The position numbers were made by a program, and so were the translations under genes. The notes under the pieces were generated by a model. That model worked only from the letters and a program-made list of their open reading frames with translations. It searched no databases and was not told the origin of the DNA. Below are positions 11,765 to 24,464 of a stretch of DNA of 64,000 nucleotides, in pieces. Position 1 is the stretch's first letter. Each line of letters opens with the position of its first letter. Source of the DNA: Eledone cirrhosa (taxonomy: Eukaryota); NCBI GenBank assembly GCA_964016885.1, contig OZ024747.1, forward strand, positions 3,100,001 to 3,164,000, in the 5' to 3' direction.

Positions 11765-11975
11765 ATTAAAAATATAAGCTATCGCCGTATTTTGACTAAA
11801 GAAATTACTTAGCCTGATAGTGGGGTTAAGAACCCTCGGAGAAATGGAAAAAGATGAGTATTGACGTACATGTACACCAATACTCCTATTTTTCCATTTC
11901 TCCAAGGATAATAACTCCACTATCAGGCTAAGTAATTTCTTTAGTTAAAATACGGTGAAAGCTTATATTTCTAAT
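11765..11975. mobile_element. Foldback/MITE-like long palindrome (about 100-bp arms)
   Basis: The arms are reverse complements around the central palindrome GTACATGTAC (11866-11875). A half copy lies at 34661-34775. Confidence 0.85.
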
Positions 11976-12099
11976 TTCAAACTCGCTCGCTGTTTCGAAA
12001 ATATTCTTACTATATATATATATAGAAGGGATATATTAGGTTATATATATATATAGAAGGGATATATTAGGTTAGTTTTAGAAGTGTGTTATATATATG

Positions 12100-12633
12100 T
12101 ATGAGATGAAAGAATGGTATTTAACTAATGTAATGGTACGCGATGGGGCCCACCCACAGCCCCGGCGGACAGAATGGAGAAGGTGTTTCCCCGGGGGACG
12201 GCAAGGGAGACGCGCTGGAAAAGCCACTCCAACTCGCGGGGCTCACATCCTACGGCTGGCCAGCTCAGCGCCTATGGTGGTAGCCCTGAGGCCGAGGACA
12301 CCAGAAGTTTCCACTGCCAGGGGAACGACCGCAAACCTGTCGGAGAGCGACCGGTATTTGAGGAATTTGGCCCCCTCAGCCCGACGTGCAGCAGAACCTG
12401 GGTCAGTCGCAGACTGCACCAGGTTGCGGCTGCAGAAAGTGTCGGTGCAAGTGGCATCCCAGACGAGGGGTTTGCCACCGCGGAACGGGAAGATGGTCAT
12501 GCCATCTGGCCTTTTGCCGTCCCCTCAATCTAGCCCCACCGGCTCGAGCTGGAAAGGGAAGCCTGTAGCGTCCAAGCCATGCTTAATGACCTCATTGAGG
12601 CCAGTATGGCATGGAATGCGGCCGGCACTGTGC
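12100..12633 (-). mobile_element. CRE-clade non-LTR retrotransposon 3' fragment (restriction-like endonuclease domain)
   Basis: The minus strand reads SAGRIPCHTGLNEVIKHGL...[36 protein letters not shown]...AEGAKFLKY...PLAVETSG, the RHN/RPDG/WD-T/E-K-KY pattern of REL domains. It is GC-rich and flanked by (TA)n. Confidence 0.8.
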
Positions 12634-12767
12634 ATATATATATATATATATATGTAAAGTTATATTTAAAATTGTTGGGTTACAACTAGTAAATATTTAT
12701 AACTGATATAAAATTTATAACTGATATAAAATATCGAATATATTTATCTATAAAACTGTTTATATTG

Positions 12768-12833
12768 TATTTTGTCTGATGAAGGCATAGCATATTGTTA
12801 ATATGATATCCCCGAAATATATATAATGAAATA
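12768..12833 (+). ncRNA. Minimal type-I hammerhead ribozyme motif (Penelope-like terminus)
   Basis: Stem I TATTTTGT/ATGAAATA, core CTGATGA (12776-12782), stem II hairpin (CATATT/AATATG), GAAA (12814-12817), palindromic stem III ATATATAT and cleavage triplet AUA ending at 12825. Confidence 0.55.
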
Positions 12834-12871
12834 GATATGGTTTTATAAATATAGTTTTCCATTTATTTAAT

Positions 12872-12946
<75 letters not shown>

Positions 12947-13175
12947 AATACTATATCCAGTAGTAGTAAATCTGCATCTGAGAAACAACAAATATCTGTC
13001 TATCTATTCTTCTATCTATATATATCTCTTCATCTCTATCTTCACTAACTCTTTCTCATCCTCTCTGGAATTGTTCATAACTATTTAACTGAATATGATT
13101 ATTTTAAATACCAGATTTATTTTCTCCTATGAAATCTGTCGAATAGTTAATGTTTTTATGTCTTTTTTGTTTCAG

Positions 13176-13399
13176 GTCTTAAAACTTACCTTCAAGAACA
13201 AATGTATGCAAGAAGCAACAAGTCTTTGCCATACTCTATCAGTAGAGCTAAGGATTCTAAAACGACAAACATTATAAACTTAAAGTCAACACAAGTAGAC
13301 AATAAAACTAATCTTAACCAGCCTCTGCCTTGGAATTTACCAACAAGGAACAGTTTTACAGCATATAACAAACCTCTACCAAAAGTTCCATTTTCATAA
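13176..13399 (+). CDS. Pcdh: Protocadherin A terminal coding exon 3
   Basis: Polypyrimidine tract plus TTTCAG|GT acceptor. The phase-1 join gives GLKTYLQEQMYARS...NIINLKSTQVDN...WNLPTRNSFTAYNK...PFS*, homologous to exon 3 of the paralog. Confidence 0.88.
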
Positions 13400-13655
13400 A
13401 TATGAACAGTTCAATCTTTGGAGACTTATTTTATGAATTCTTTTAATATTTCAATAATGAAGAATCTACATACAGTCTACTTTATTGGAATCTAATTTTG
13501 AAATTATAAAGCTTTATAAATGTATAAAGAGTTTGGTGGTGATATCTGAATAACGACACCTGGGATTTATTATAAGATAATACCAAAACATTGAATATAA
13601 GAAAACATTAATCTGAAATCCCAAGCCACAAATATACAATAATCAAAGGAATTTC

Positions 13656-13661
13656 AATAAA
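13656..13661 (+). promoter_or_regulatory. Candidate polyadenylation signal of PcdhA
   Basis: AATAAA about 260 nt after the stop codon. The motif is common in AT-rich DNA. Confidence 0.25.
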
Positions 13662-13825
13662 TCAAAATACAAGAGACTTTGATAAAAACCAACACTTTTA
13701 TACTGACCCTGATAACAAGTAATGGATTATTCATGTGACCGACCAACATAAAACAAAGAATACAGCATTGTAAATATATTTCTCAGCAATGTATGTAGAT
13801 AAATGTGTGTGTGTGTATGTATGTA

Positions 13826-13924
<99 letters not shown>

Positions 13925-14618
13925 ATACATACATATATACGCATACATACATATATATATATATACATACTTAGAAATATATATACACACCGGCACATGC
14001 ACACACACTCTCTCTCTCTCACACACACACACACATATATATATGTATGAGATTTTGAAAAGTAATTTATTAACTCTTTCTTGACTGTATTTATAATGAA
14101 ATACACTCCATTTCAATTAAGTAATGATGAATTTTGAGGGATTTACTAAAATAATGAATTATTTCATTACTAGGCTAGTAACTTAACTTATGGTTTTTTA
14201 TATAAAATTATGTTCAAAGATTTTATTTTAAATAGGAACCCTTTGAAATAAGTGGTTTTGTGTCATAGAAACTGAGCCACTTTTGGGTGGGCTGGTATCT
14301 AAATGGCTAAAAGAATGTTGAGACAATGAATATATAATTCCTCTGTTAAATAAACAATAAAGCTGGATATACCTGGAAATTTCTGTAGTCAACCAACTCT
14401 AAGACATTGAGATGAGAAAAAATATTGAATACAAAGGTATGTGTTAGCATATTTTGTCCTTTCTCAGACATACACATATAACACACACACAAACACATAC
14501 ACATGTACACATACACAAACACACTCACATGCACATACACATAAAGATACACATACATTCAAACACATATATGAGTGTATACAGTATATATAATGTCGAT
14601 CTGTATGTTATTCTTAGT

Positions 14619-14850
14619 TAACCCTTTAACATTTACATTACTCTATATTTGCTATAATATTTTCATGGTAAAATCACATAATGATTTCACATAATATCGA
14701 ATTTATGGGATTTTGATATAATTTATTTTGAGAACAATACCTTAACATCAGTATGAGTGGCTGGTTACAGCCAGTTTGAACAGAAAGAGGTGAGAGAATT
14801 TTGGCCGGATATGGCCGGATATGGCTGGTTTAAATGCTAAAGGCTTACAT
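14619..14850. mobile_element. TTAA-flanked piggyBac-like MITE
   Basis: Termini TTAACCCTTTAACATTTAC...TTTAAATGCTAAAGGCTTA; the body is shared with 8995-9216. Confidence 0.7.
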
Positions 14851-15598
14851 TTCAGTAAAGACTTTCTGATTCAAGTACCTTTATTTTTCTAACCAACGAT
14901 TCTTTGGGGTTTCTTCCTAATGTTATTTCTAAAATATCTATAGAGATATGTGTATCAATAATCAATAATATCTGATATCTGTAATAATAGTACACTAGTG
15001 ATAATGTTAAGCCACTATTTTTGTTTCGTCTCATGTCAAGTTTAATCCATCAGACCTATAATCAATGTATTCCAACCATGACCATCCACTCTTATTTTAG
15101 GTATGGGCATGTAGTACAACATAATCTAATATCTCTCAGCCATAGCTAAAATGTGATTTAACAGGAATTTATTTTGTTGCTGGCTGTAGCAAGATGCATC
15201 TCCACATATAAGCTCCTGCATTAGTTCATCATAAAGTTAAATTACTGGAAAATGTACTATTACTCATTGAGTTATATGGCAAATCTAGTGACAATATTCT
15301 ACCTTCCATAACATACATAGCTTAAAATAAATGTCATTTTTATTTCATAATTGGATACTTACTCAATGGTCGGGAGAACATATTGCTGTACAGATATTCA
15401 GGTTACAGCTGGAAGAATCATTTCAGCCAGTCAAAAACGTACATAAATTCATTTATTTCATCAAGTGTTCAACAAATCATTTGACACTACTATATAATAT
15501 ATATTAATAAGTATGCTAGAAGCTTAAGTATATGATACAGATATATCTATATGAATACAGAGTGTGTAACTGGTACTGTAACATTCATCATTCATTCA

Positions 15599-15925
15599 TC
15601 ATTTCATTTTACGTCCGCTTTTTCCCTGCTTGCAAGGGTGGGACGAGAACTGATTCTGGCTTGATTTCTACAGTTGGATGCCCTTCCTAACACCAACCTC
15701 ATTTACAGTGAGTGCTGGGTGCTTTTTTGCCGTGGCACCTCCACGACCACTTTGCAGTGGAATGATAGGGACCCCAGTCCCTATCATCTCATTTCTACAG
15801 CTGAGTTAACTGGAGCAATGTGAAATAAAGTGTCTTGCTCAAGGAAACAACACATCACCCGGTCTGAGAATTGAACTCACAACCTTTTGATTGCAAGGCC
15901 ATTGCTCTAACCACTAAGCCATGTG
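15599..15925 (-). mobile_element. tRNA-derived SINE, family 2 (CORE-like body, RTE-derived tail)
   Basis: Reverse complement of 40322-40700, with a 3' end matching the RTE LINE tail at 33120-33177. Confidence 0.85.
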
Positions 15926-16057
15926 CCTCCAATGTGTATATAAATATTTCAATTTACAGGGAAATTCGTATTTTCTGGCATGTTTACATATCTACATATT
16001 AAAAAAAAACGTGTATATTTATATACACATAGTTGTAGTCTTGGTTACACACTCTAT

Positions 16058-16455
16058 ATCATCATCATCATCATCGTTTTTACATCTGTTTTCCACGCTT
16101 GCATAGGTTGGACAGGTCCTTCTCAGCACAGCATCTCTCCACTCACTGCCTTCCTTTGTCATCTTTTCTGTGAGTCTCAGTGATTTAAGGTCAGCTCTTA
16201 CAGCCTCTGCCCAAGTCTTCTTGGTCTACCTCTACTTTGGTTCCCTTCCACAGGCATTGCATGGCATTTCTTCACCCATCAATCATCATTCATAGGCATC
16301 ACATGTCCATACCAATGCAGTCTCCTCTCTTGCACACTACCTCACATTCATCTTAAACCCAGTTTTTCCCTCAGTTCATTCAAGCTCTGCCATTCTCTCA
16401 CATTTACATTTCACATCCAACAGAGCTTAGCTGCTTCATTTCTCTCCAGTCTACA
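16058..16455 (-). mobile_element. RTE LINE 3' fragment
   Basis: Homologous to 32895-33177 (WYGHVM...EG..SRGRP) with an (ATG)n tail. Confidence 0.75.
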
Positions 16456-16686
16456 CATATATATATACACAGATATAACTTTATGACTACTATATAAATG
16501 AAAAGTGATTATAACAAATATCTATAAATATATGTAATTGCTTCAGTTTCAACACTCAAATCAAGTCACTTGCCAAACAATTTTCAAATACAATTGAAAA
16601 TTTTGATAGAAAATAGAATCAAAATAAAATCTTAATTGTTAAATCTTTCATAAAAATGTGTTGATGGTTATTTACCCATCCTACTA

Positions 16687-16688
16687 GA

Positions 16689-16719
<31 letters not shown>

Positions 16720-17040
16720 CTTCTTCTTCTTCTTCTTCTTCTTCTCCCTGAGGCAGAGCCCTCAAACACTCCTTCCAGCAGGCATCTATCCCTGAGTTTC
16801 CTGCCAGTTGGGCCCGTAAAATCTCTCCATCGATTCTTTCCTGAGATATTCTAACCACATGCTCGTAGTAATCTCTCAATTCAGAGAAGTAGTAGCTTGA
16901 CCAGAAGCGACTCTCTGATCTCTGAGCTACAGACCCTATTGAGTCACATTACTCCAAAGACCCTTCATAGAAACTCCATTTCAACTGCTTGTATTCATGA
17001 TTGCATTCCTTTGGTTATTAGCCAAGATTCATGACCATTT
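16687..17040 (-). mobile_element. Degenerate RTE-like LINE 3' fragment with (GAA)n tail
   Basis: The minus strand reads GHESWLITKGMQS*IQAVEMEFL*RVFG..LNRVCSSEIRE, with (TTC)n at 16687-16746. Confidence 0.6.
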
Positions 17041-19388
17041 GTCTTTTCATTGAATGTAATTGAAACTTCTAGCTTCATAATCCCCAAAACTATGTCAAAC
17101 CCCATTCCTTGTAGTCTACCAAGATATGAAATATACATTTGGTAACATATCTCATTATTTAATTATTTAGAGGGTTACATAATTCTTGAGTATGTTCAAT
17201 TCGTGTCAAATAGGAATATAGACCGATCTCAAGATCTAAAGATCAGTGATGAGTTTGTGTTCAGATGAGTTCAATCATTCAGACTAATGCCTCATTAATG
17301 TTTTTCAATATTTATATGTTCACAATATCCATCTCCAAAGATGGTATTAATAGTCTCATAAATACTTTCCTGGAAAAACATAATTTGATACAGAAAGAAA
17401 ATTAAGCATTTTAAATTGTAGGGAAGAAGAGCATGCTGAATATGATCTTTTGAATATGTAAAGAGAATTTGTGTAAACTAAAGCAGATGTATAAATTTTC
17501 AGAGGTATTGGTTAATGTATAAATGCAAGATGAACATATATGTAAGACGATAAAAGAAAATGAAAGATATGTATAACAGGATGTATCATATGATAGTAAT
17601 ATTAGAACAGATATCGACCAAGAAAGCATGGCATTTCATTGGCTTAACTAAAATAGCCATTAGAAATAATATAAAAAAGGTTAGATATAAAGTGGTAAGA
17701 GACTAACATGAAAATATACTTATAATGGCGGAGAATAAAGATTTGTTTAAATAGAAAGATAAAAAATTACAAGTATATTTACCTGTGGACCTTAAGAATT
17801 AAGTCATAGAAATTGAACGTGTTATTTAATTACTTGGAGGTTATTTTCTCATTTGGTAGATCTGTAAAAAGGGGCAGTGCCCATGGTTTTCAAATATCCT
17901 TTAAAATTGAAGAAACAGTTAGTATTGATGTTCATTTTAAATTTAGCAAGAGAAATTCCAGATATTGGGATACAGCTCTAGCTTCCCTGCGGAAGTGTGT
18001 TGTCCATGAGAGATTCTCAGTGGTTGCGAGGACCAGCATGTGGAATTATTGCAAGGGCTCAAGTAGCATGATATTCATGCTAAATCCTTTTGATACAGAA
18101 CTGTACAGGGAGTACAAGACTACACCATTCTCTAGATGGAATGCCAGTCCATTTAAATAATAACTCCCAGCTCCACTGGTACTTATTTTCAGCTAAATTA
18201 ATTGAAGTATAGTGGAATGAAGTGCTTTGCTCAAAGACACAATGTGTCACTGAGTCTGGGAGTTGAACCATGATAGCCAAACCACTAAACCACAAACTTT
18301 TACATTTCATCCTTTATAATAAATATGAAATATGAAAATATAATGTTTATATTTATTGGAGAATAAAATTATTCAATAATTAAAGTTTTGCAGTATGAAA
18401 CTATTCAATTAAAAAAAAACTTTCATATTCTATATATCAATTCTTAAGGTCTGCTTATTTTCCGATATTAAAATTTTCCCCTTCTCTCACCTTTTACATT
18501 TATGGTTTATTTATTATACAGTTTTGAAAATATATCTATGAATTCAAATATAAAGATTCATCTGAGATGAGTTTTGTTAATAAAATCTAAATTTTCAAAA
18601 TCAACATCCTCATGTTCAGAATGCATGCATATAACATATAACATGTATACCACTACCATATTTTAATCATTATGAATCCTATCCCTGGAAATATACTTGT
18701 TCAAAATTAACCTGAAACCTTGTAAATGTTCAAGAGTAAGCCACTTGATAGATAATCAAAATATAGCATTGATGCAAACACAGCAATATTTAGATATTTA
18801 GAAGAAAAGGTGTAGCGTTAAAATCTGGTTATTAAGATGTTAGTCTAAAATAGCAAAAATTACTTCTGAATTATTGATTAAATAAAAGTATATTCTTCAA
18901 TTTTTTCTACTTTTTTAAATTCTTGTTTTCTATTTGTTAGTAATAAGTGTAATTTGATTTCATTTCTCAAAAGATTCCAACAATATAACACAAATGTGTA
19001 TCCCAAACCAGTTACTGTATTCTCAGAGTTTCATTTTCATTTCTACAATCCTGGCATCTCTTCACTAAATATTTATTTGAATAATTCCGACTTTTTAAAT
19101 TTGATATGAATGAACAAAATATTAAATATCAAATTCAAGAAAAAATATGTTTACTTGTTTTTATACAAACATTAAAATCAATAATTCATTGAAAGACGTA
19201 GAATTCAAGGTCAGCTAATCAATTGGGTTTTATAATACTGGCTGACGTATCCACAATACTCTTGATATTATTACCAATAAACTTAGATTTCACTTATATG
19301 TAAAGAGGTACTATGATGTTTTTACCCAACATGGGTACTTGTGTGTCCCTGGAGATCACAAAGTTACTACTATTATTATTAGTACCAA

Positions 19389-19580
19389 AGGGCGGTGGAT
19401 TGGCAGTATCGGTAGAGGGTCGGACGCCATGCTTTCCAGCATAGTTACGTCCCTTTACGGTCTGAGTTCAAATCCTGCCGAGGTTCACTTTGCCTTTCAT
19501 CCTTACGGGGTCGATAAAATAAAGTACCAGTAATGTACTGGGTAATTGCTGGCCTTGTGCCAAAAGTAGAAACAATTATT
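19389..19580 (+). mobile_element. tRNA-derived SINE, family 1
   Basis: Full-length copy near-identical to those at 53612 and 34780; a partial second head follows at about 19595-19690. Confidence 0.9.
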
Positions 19581-19689
19581 AGTAGAGTGATAACATTAGT
19601 ATCAGTAGAGCAAAACTCAACATGCTTTGTGGCATATAGTTATGGCCCTTTACATTCTGAGTTCAAACCCCAATGATGTTAGCTTTCCC

Positions 19690-20170
19690 TGTTAGATACA
19701 ACCTGTTGTTATCTCCCTTTCTGTTGAGCTCTCAGAACATGATTAACATTTTCCTTGTCTTTCAATCCACTTCCATGACACTATTCCTGCACCTCACAAC
19801 AGCTATCACTCTGCAGTTTCAAACTAAAATGATGTTTCCTACATTTAGTTTTGACTTCAAAATGACTTTCACCTTTCTATATTATTTCTTTTTGGTTCTG
19901 TATTTCATCTCCTGATTTTTAATCTTCTCTGCTTCAAGAATTCCCAGATATTTGTATTCATTTTTTTGGTCTACTTGTTACATTTCCATGTTATTTGGCA
20001 ATAATATCCCTCTACTCATAACAAATTTTCCTTTATTTATAATCACTCTGCAACATTTTGGACTCCAAATTTCATACAAATTTCTTCCTTGAAAACCTTA
20101 AAAAACTTCCCTAATGCATCAAGTAGTTTTTCATGTTTTCCATATAATTTAAGGTCATCCTTAAAGAGGG
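19690..20170 (-). mobile_element. Degenerate R4/Dong-like LINE reverse-transcriptase fragment
   Basis: Minus-strand motifs LFKDDLKLYG, MKFGVQKC and YKYLGILE. Confidence 0.6.
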
Positions 20171-20696
20171 TTTATTATCGATAGTTTGAACAGGAAATAT
20201 GATAATTACTGGATTTTCTACAGTCTGTGAGTCTCACCAAGGACCTTAGAGAGACAATACTTTTCTATGTATATGTACTGCCCAATTGAGCAGTCTTTTG
20301 TAGGAGAGCAATTCATGTATCAGAATCTATTTGCTCAAGATACCCTTCCAGTTTGAGTGGTGTTGAACACAAAGCTTCTTTGACAATTGGAATTACCTTG
20401 TTGTTCTGCAGTTTGTTCATATACGTGCAATTTTGATCTTCAAGTCAGTATATTTCATTATTTCTTTCAATGTTATGTGTTGTTCTCCTGTTATGGTGAC
20501 ATCAGTAATCTAGTATTTACACCAATATCTGTTGTGGTAAAGTCTGCAGTCTGTTTGAATAGAGATGTCACAAAGTATCTTAGGTTTGTCTCTGTCATCA
20601 AGGACACTTTCTGGGACATCATGGCTTCTACAGGACTAGAAATATTTCATTCGAAGGAAATCATCACATATATACAATCCTTATATATATATATAT

Positions 20697-21174
20697 ACTA
20701 GCTGAATTACCCGCACCTTGCTGCATTTCACACATAATAAAGTAGAGGCATTAACTAATAATTTTTGTTATCATAATTCTAGTGATGTTTGGCCAAATTT
20801 TACTATAAAAGAGAAGTGCTTTTTTTGTTGATTTACGTTTAATTAATAGAAAACCCCTGTGATAATAGAGGTTCCAATACTCAAGTTATGGGCTTTCAAT
20901 ATTAGGGTGTCTTAATATTATTGAAATTTGCTGAATATGCATCATATCTTGTCATTTACCTATGGTTTAAATTTCATATAAATCGAAGGGAAACACTTTC
21001 AGCAGGGGTTTGTGCTCCCAGGGAACCCTTTGATTAAAATGAAATATACTTATCCAAGTACCCTGGGCAATGTAGTTTCAGAATATATATGGTTATGGGG
21101 GTCTATCTCCAAAACCATAGGAGGAGTTTGTGAACAAACAAACAAACAAACAGACAGGAACTACAACTTTATAA
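20697..21174 (+). mobile_element. Non-autonomous Helitron-like element
   Basis: Begins ACTAGCTGAATTACCCG directly after (TA)n and ends (ACAA)nACAGACA...CTTTATA. This layout is typical of invertebrate non-autonomous Helitron/Helentron derivatives. Confidence 0.5.
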
Positions 21175-21656
21175 AACAATCAAATCTTAGTTTAATACAT
21201 TTAAATGCTGACATTGTTTCTTCCAGACGAAAGGCTGGAATCATCAGAACATACACAATATTTAAACAGGTAATTAAAATCCTAGTCTTCAGAACATTTA
21301 TATAGATATATAACTATTGACAGTGTCAGTGACATCATATAGAAAAGCAGGAGTTACAGAAGGATGTTATGCTACAGATATCACAGTATAAGGAGCAATG
21401 GTGAAGAGTGAAATATTGAGAATATTATATATAAAGATATTCTTTAAAGTTATACATGTATCTTTTGCACATATCTATATACAAATACAATGAGAAAAGG
21501 GGAACAGGGAGAAATATGAAAGCAAGGATAGTAAGGAGAGTATATATATATACATATCATATATATATATGCATATATATATATATGTATATATATATAT
21601 TACTTAATAGTGAGTACTCATTTCTCTCAGCTGTCAACCATATATGGATATATGTA

Positions 21657-22007
21657 TATTAGGGTAATTAGGGCTATAGGTAATTTTCCGAAAGTTAAAA
21701 TTTTGTTGCTCCTACAGCAAAACATAGGTGTTTGCCCTATACTTGTGCTCTGTCCCCAACTTTGCAAGTTGCCTTCCCCATTATATTTGTTGTCACTTAT
21801 ACTTCTAATACGAAGAATAAGTCTCAAAAGAGATAAAAAATGTTATCTGAAAAAATGACTTTCCAGGCGAAAACTTCAAACTTCACAGTCAATGAGGGTT
21901 GCCGTGCAGTTGTCTGCTTGAGTTAAATCATTGCATAGATTGGTTGTTTGTTAATTGGAATAAGATAGGGTGTTGGGAGCTAAAGTTGAAAAATAAGGGG
22001 CACCCTA

Positions 22008-22010
<3 letters not shown>
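21657..22010. mobile_element. Short-TIR element inserted in (TA)n
   Basis: Termini TATTAGGGT...ACCCTAATA with AT microsatellite on both sides. Confidence 0.4.
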
Positions 22011-22600
<590 letters not shown>

Positions 22601-22924
22601 AGGCAATTCTGAAGAAAAAACAAAGAAAAAAAGAGTGCTCTATGTTCATTCTATATATATATATATATATATATAGTATGGTTATTGTTCTCAGTTGTAT
22701 TGTTCTGAAATGTATAGAATTCTACTGTTGTCTGTTTTGTTGCCATTATAACAAATATAAAGAATTATTGTTTCTTATTTGTATTTTTCTATGCCACACT
22801 GGATTTTCTATATGCATCTTCTGTGTTGGAAAAGCAGCCATGCAGGAGTTTTTCCCCCTCTTCATATTTCTCAGTCTTTGTCGTTCTCACTGTTTCTGCT
22901 GATGATGGTCGTGTTAGAACGTCT

Positions 22925-23310
22925 GTGTATATGTGTGTATGTGTCTGTGTATATGTCTCTGTATATATATGTGTGTGTGTGTATGTCTGTGTATATGTGT
23001 GTGTGTATATGTGTGTGTGTGTATGTGTGTATGTGTCTGTGTGTATGTGTCTGTGTACATGTGTGTGTATATGTCTGTGTATGTGTGTGTGTATGTGTCT
23101 GTATATATGAGTGTATATATATGTCTGTGTGTATATGTCTGTGTATATGTGTGTGTGTATGTGTCTGTATATATGTGTGTATGTATGTGTCTGTGTGTAT
23201 ATGTCTATATATGTCTGTATATGTCTGTGTATGTGTGTGAAGATGGTATGTATGTGTCTGTGTGTATATGTCTATATATGTCTATATATGTCTGTGTATG
23301 TGTGTGGAGA
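22925..23310. repeat. (GT)/(GTAT)/(GTCT) compound microsatellite
   Basis: Seen directly in the sequence. Confidence 0.9.
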
Positions 23311-23855
23311 TGGTATGAATCTACTACACAATAATTATTGATTATATAGAAATATTAGTTCCTCGTCTTGATCTCTTCCTTATTTCCCATCTTACAGAGA
23401 TGATTATCATTTAATAATATAAATACTTCCTAAAAGTACAATATCTTTTTTTACAATTCTTAAGTTAAGGAATGTTTGCTAGTTCTCTACTTTCTTTCTT
23501 TTGTATTTACATATCCTTCATCATTCTTCATTGCTTTCCAATTAAGTAGGATCTTCAGCAGTATCCATGCCTCACAACTTTGCTTTCTCTGTCTTTAGAT
23601 TTTGAAAAGATTTTAGTTTCTTTTAAAGATACATTTCTCTAAATTATATGATTTTCAATTATTCTACTTAACATTTTCCCTTTGTTGTTATATCTGGTAA
23701 CTTACCCTGTACCACAGTCATATTTCCCATAACCTTTCCATCCTTGTTCTTAATGTTATTCTTAGCTGTTTGGATTTAGTAATAAATAGTAGATTCCAAA
23801 TAGGGGCAGCGTATATGATTCTGAAGGAGTTGCTCTGTGGTTCTGTTATTAGTAT

Positions 23856-24046
23856 AATTGTTTCTACTTTAGGCACAAGGCCAGCAATTACCCAGTACGT
23901 TACTGGTACTTTATTTTATCGACCCCGTAAGGATGAAAGGCAAAGTTAACCTTGGCGGGATTTGAACTCAGAATGGCAAGGGTCGTAACTCTATGCGTCA
24001 AAGCATGGTGTCCGACTCTTTACCGATACTGCCAATCCATCGGCCC
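23856..24046 (-). mobile_element. tRNA-derived SINE, family 1
   Basis: Reverse-complement copy; an older copy follows at about 24060-24280. Confidence 0.88.
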
Positions 24047-24464
24047 TTATTAGAATAATAATAATTCTTGAGCCAAAATATTGTCTTAAGGTCAGTAAAT
24101 TGGAGGAAGGAGAAAGTTGATTGCCCCCACATTCCATCAGTATTTGACTAGTATTTCATTGACTCTGGTAGGATGAAAGGAAAACTGGAATTTGAACTCA
24201 AAACGTAGAATGTCGTAACTAGATACCACAAATCAGTTTATTTACAAAGATGTTCTGTGATACTGCTAATCTCACTGCCCTTGTTAGAGTGATAAAAATG
24301 ACTTCTGAGTTAAGCAGAAGGCCAACAATTTGGGATGATGATGATGATGATGCATCTAAAATCAAAGAGAGACTTGTCTATTGCTGTGACTTATCCCTGA
24401 CTATATAAGCTATATACATGTTTCTGTATATGTATTTTATGTATCCCAAGTCTAACCTGTCTCA

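Noticed and set aside
12097-12657. 186-aa + strand ORF
   Set aside because: Antisense shadow of the GC-rich CRE fragment; the recognisable protein motifs are on the minus strand.
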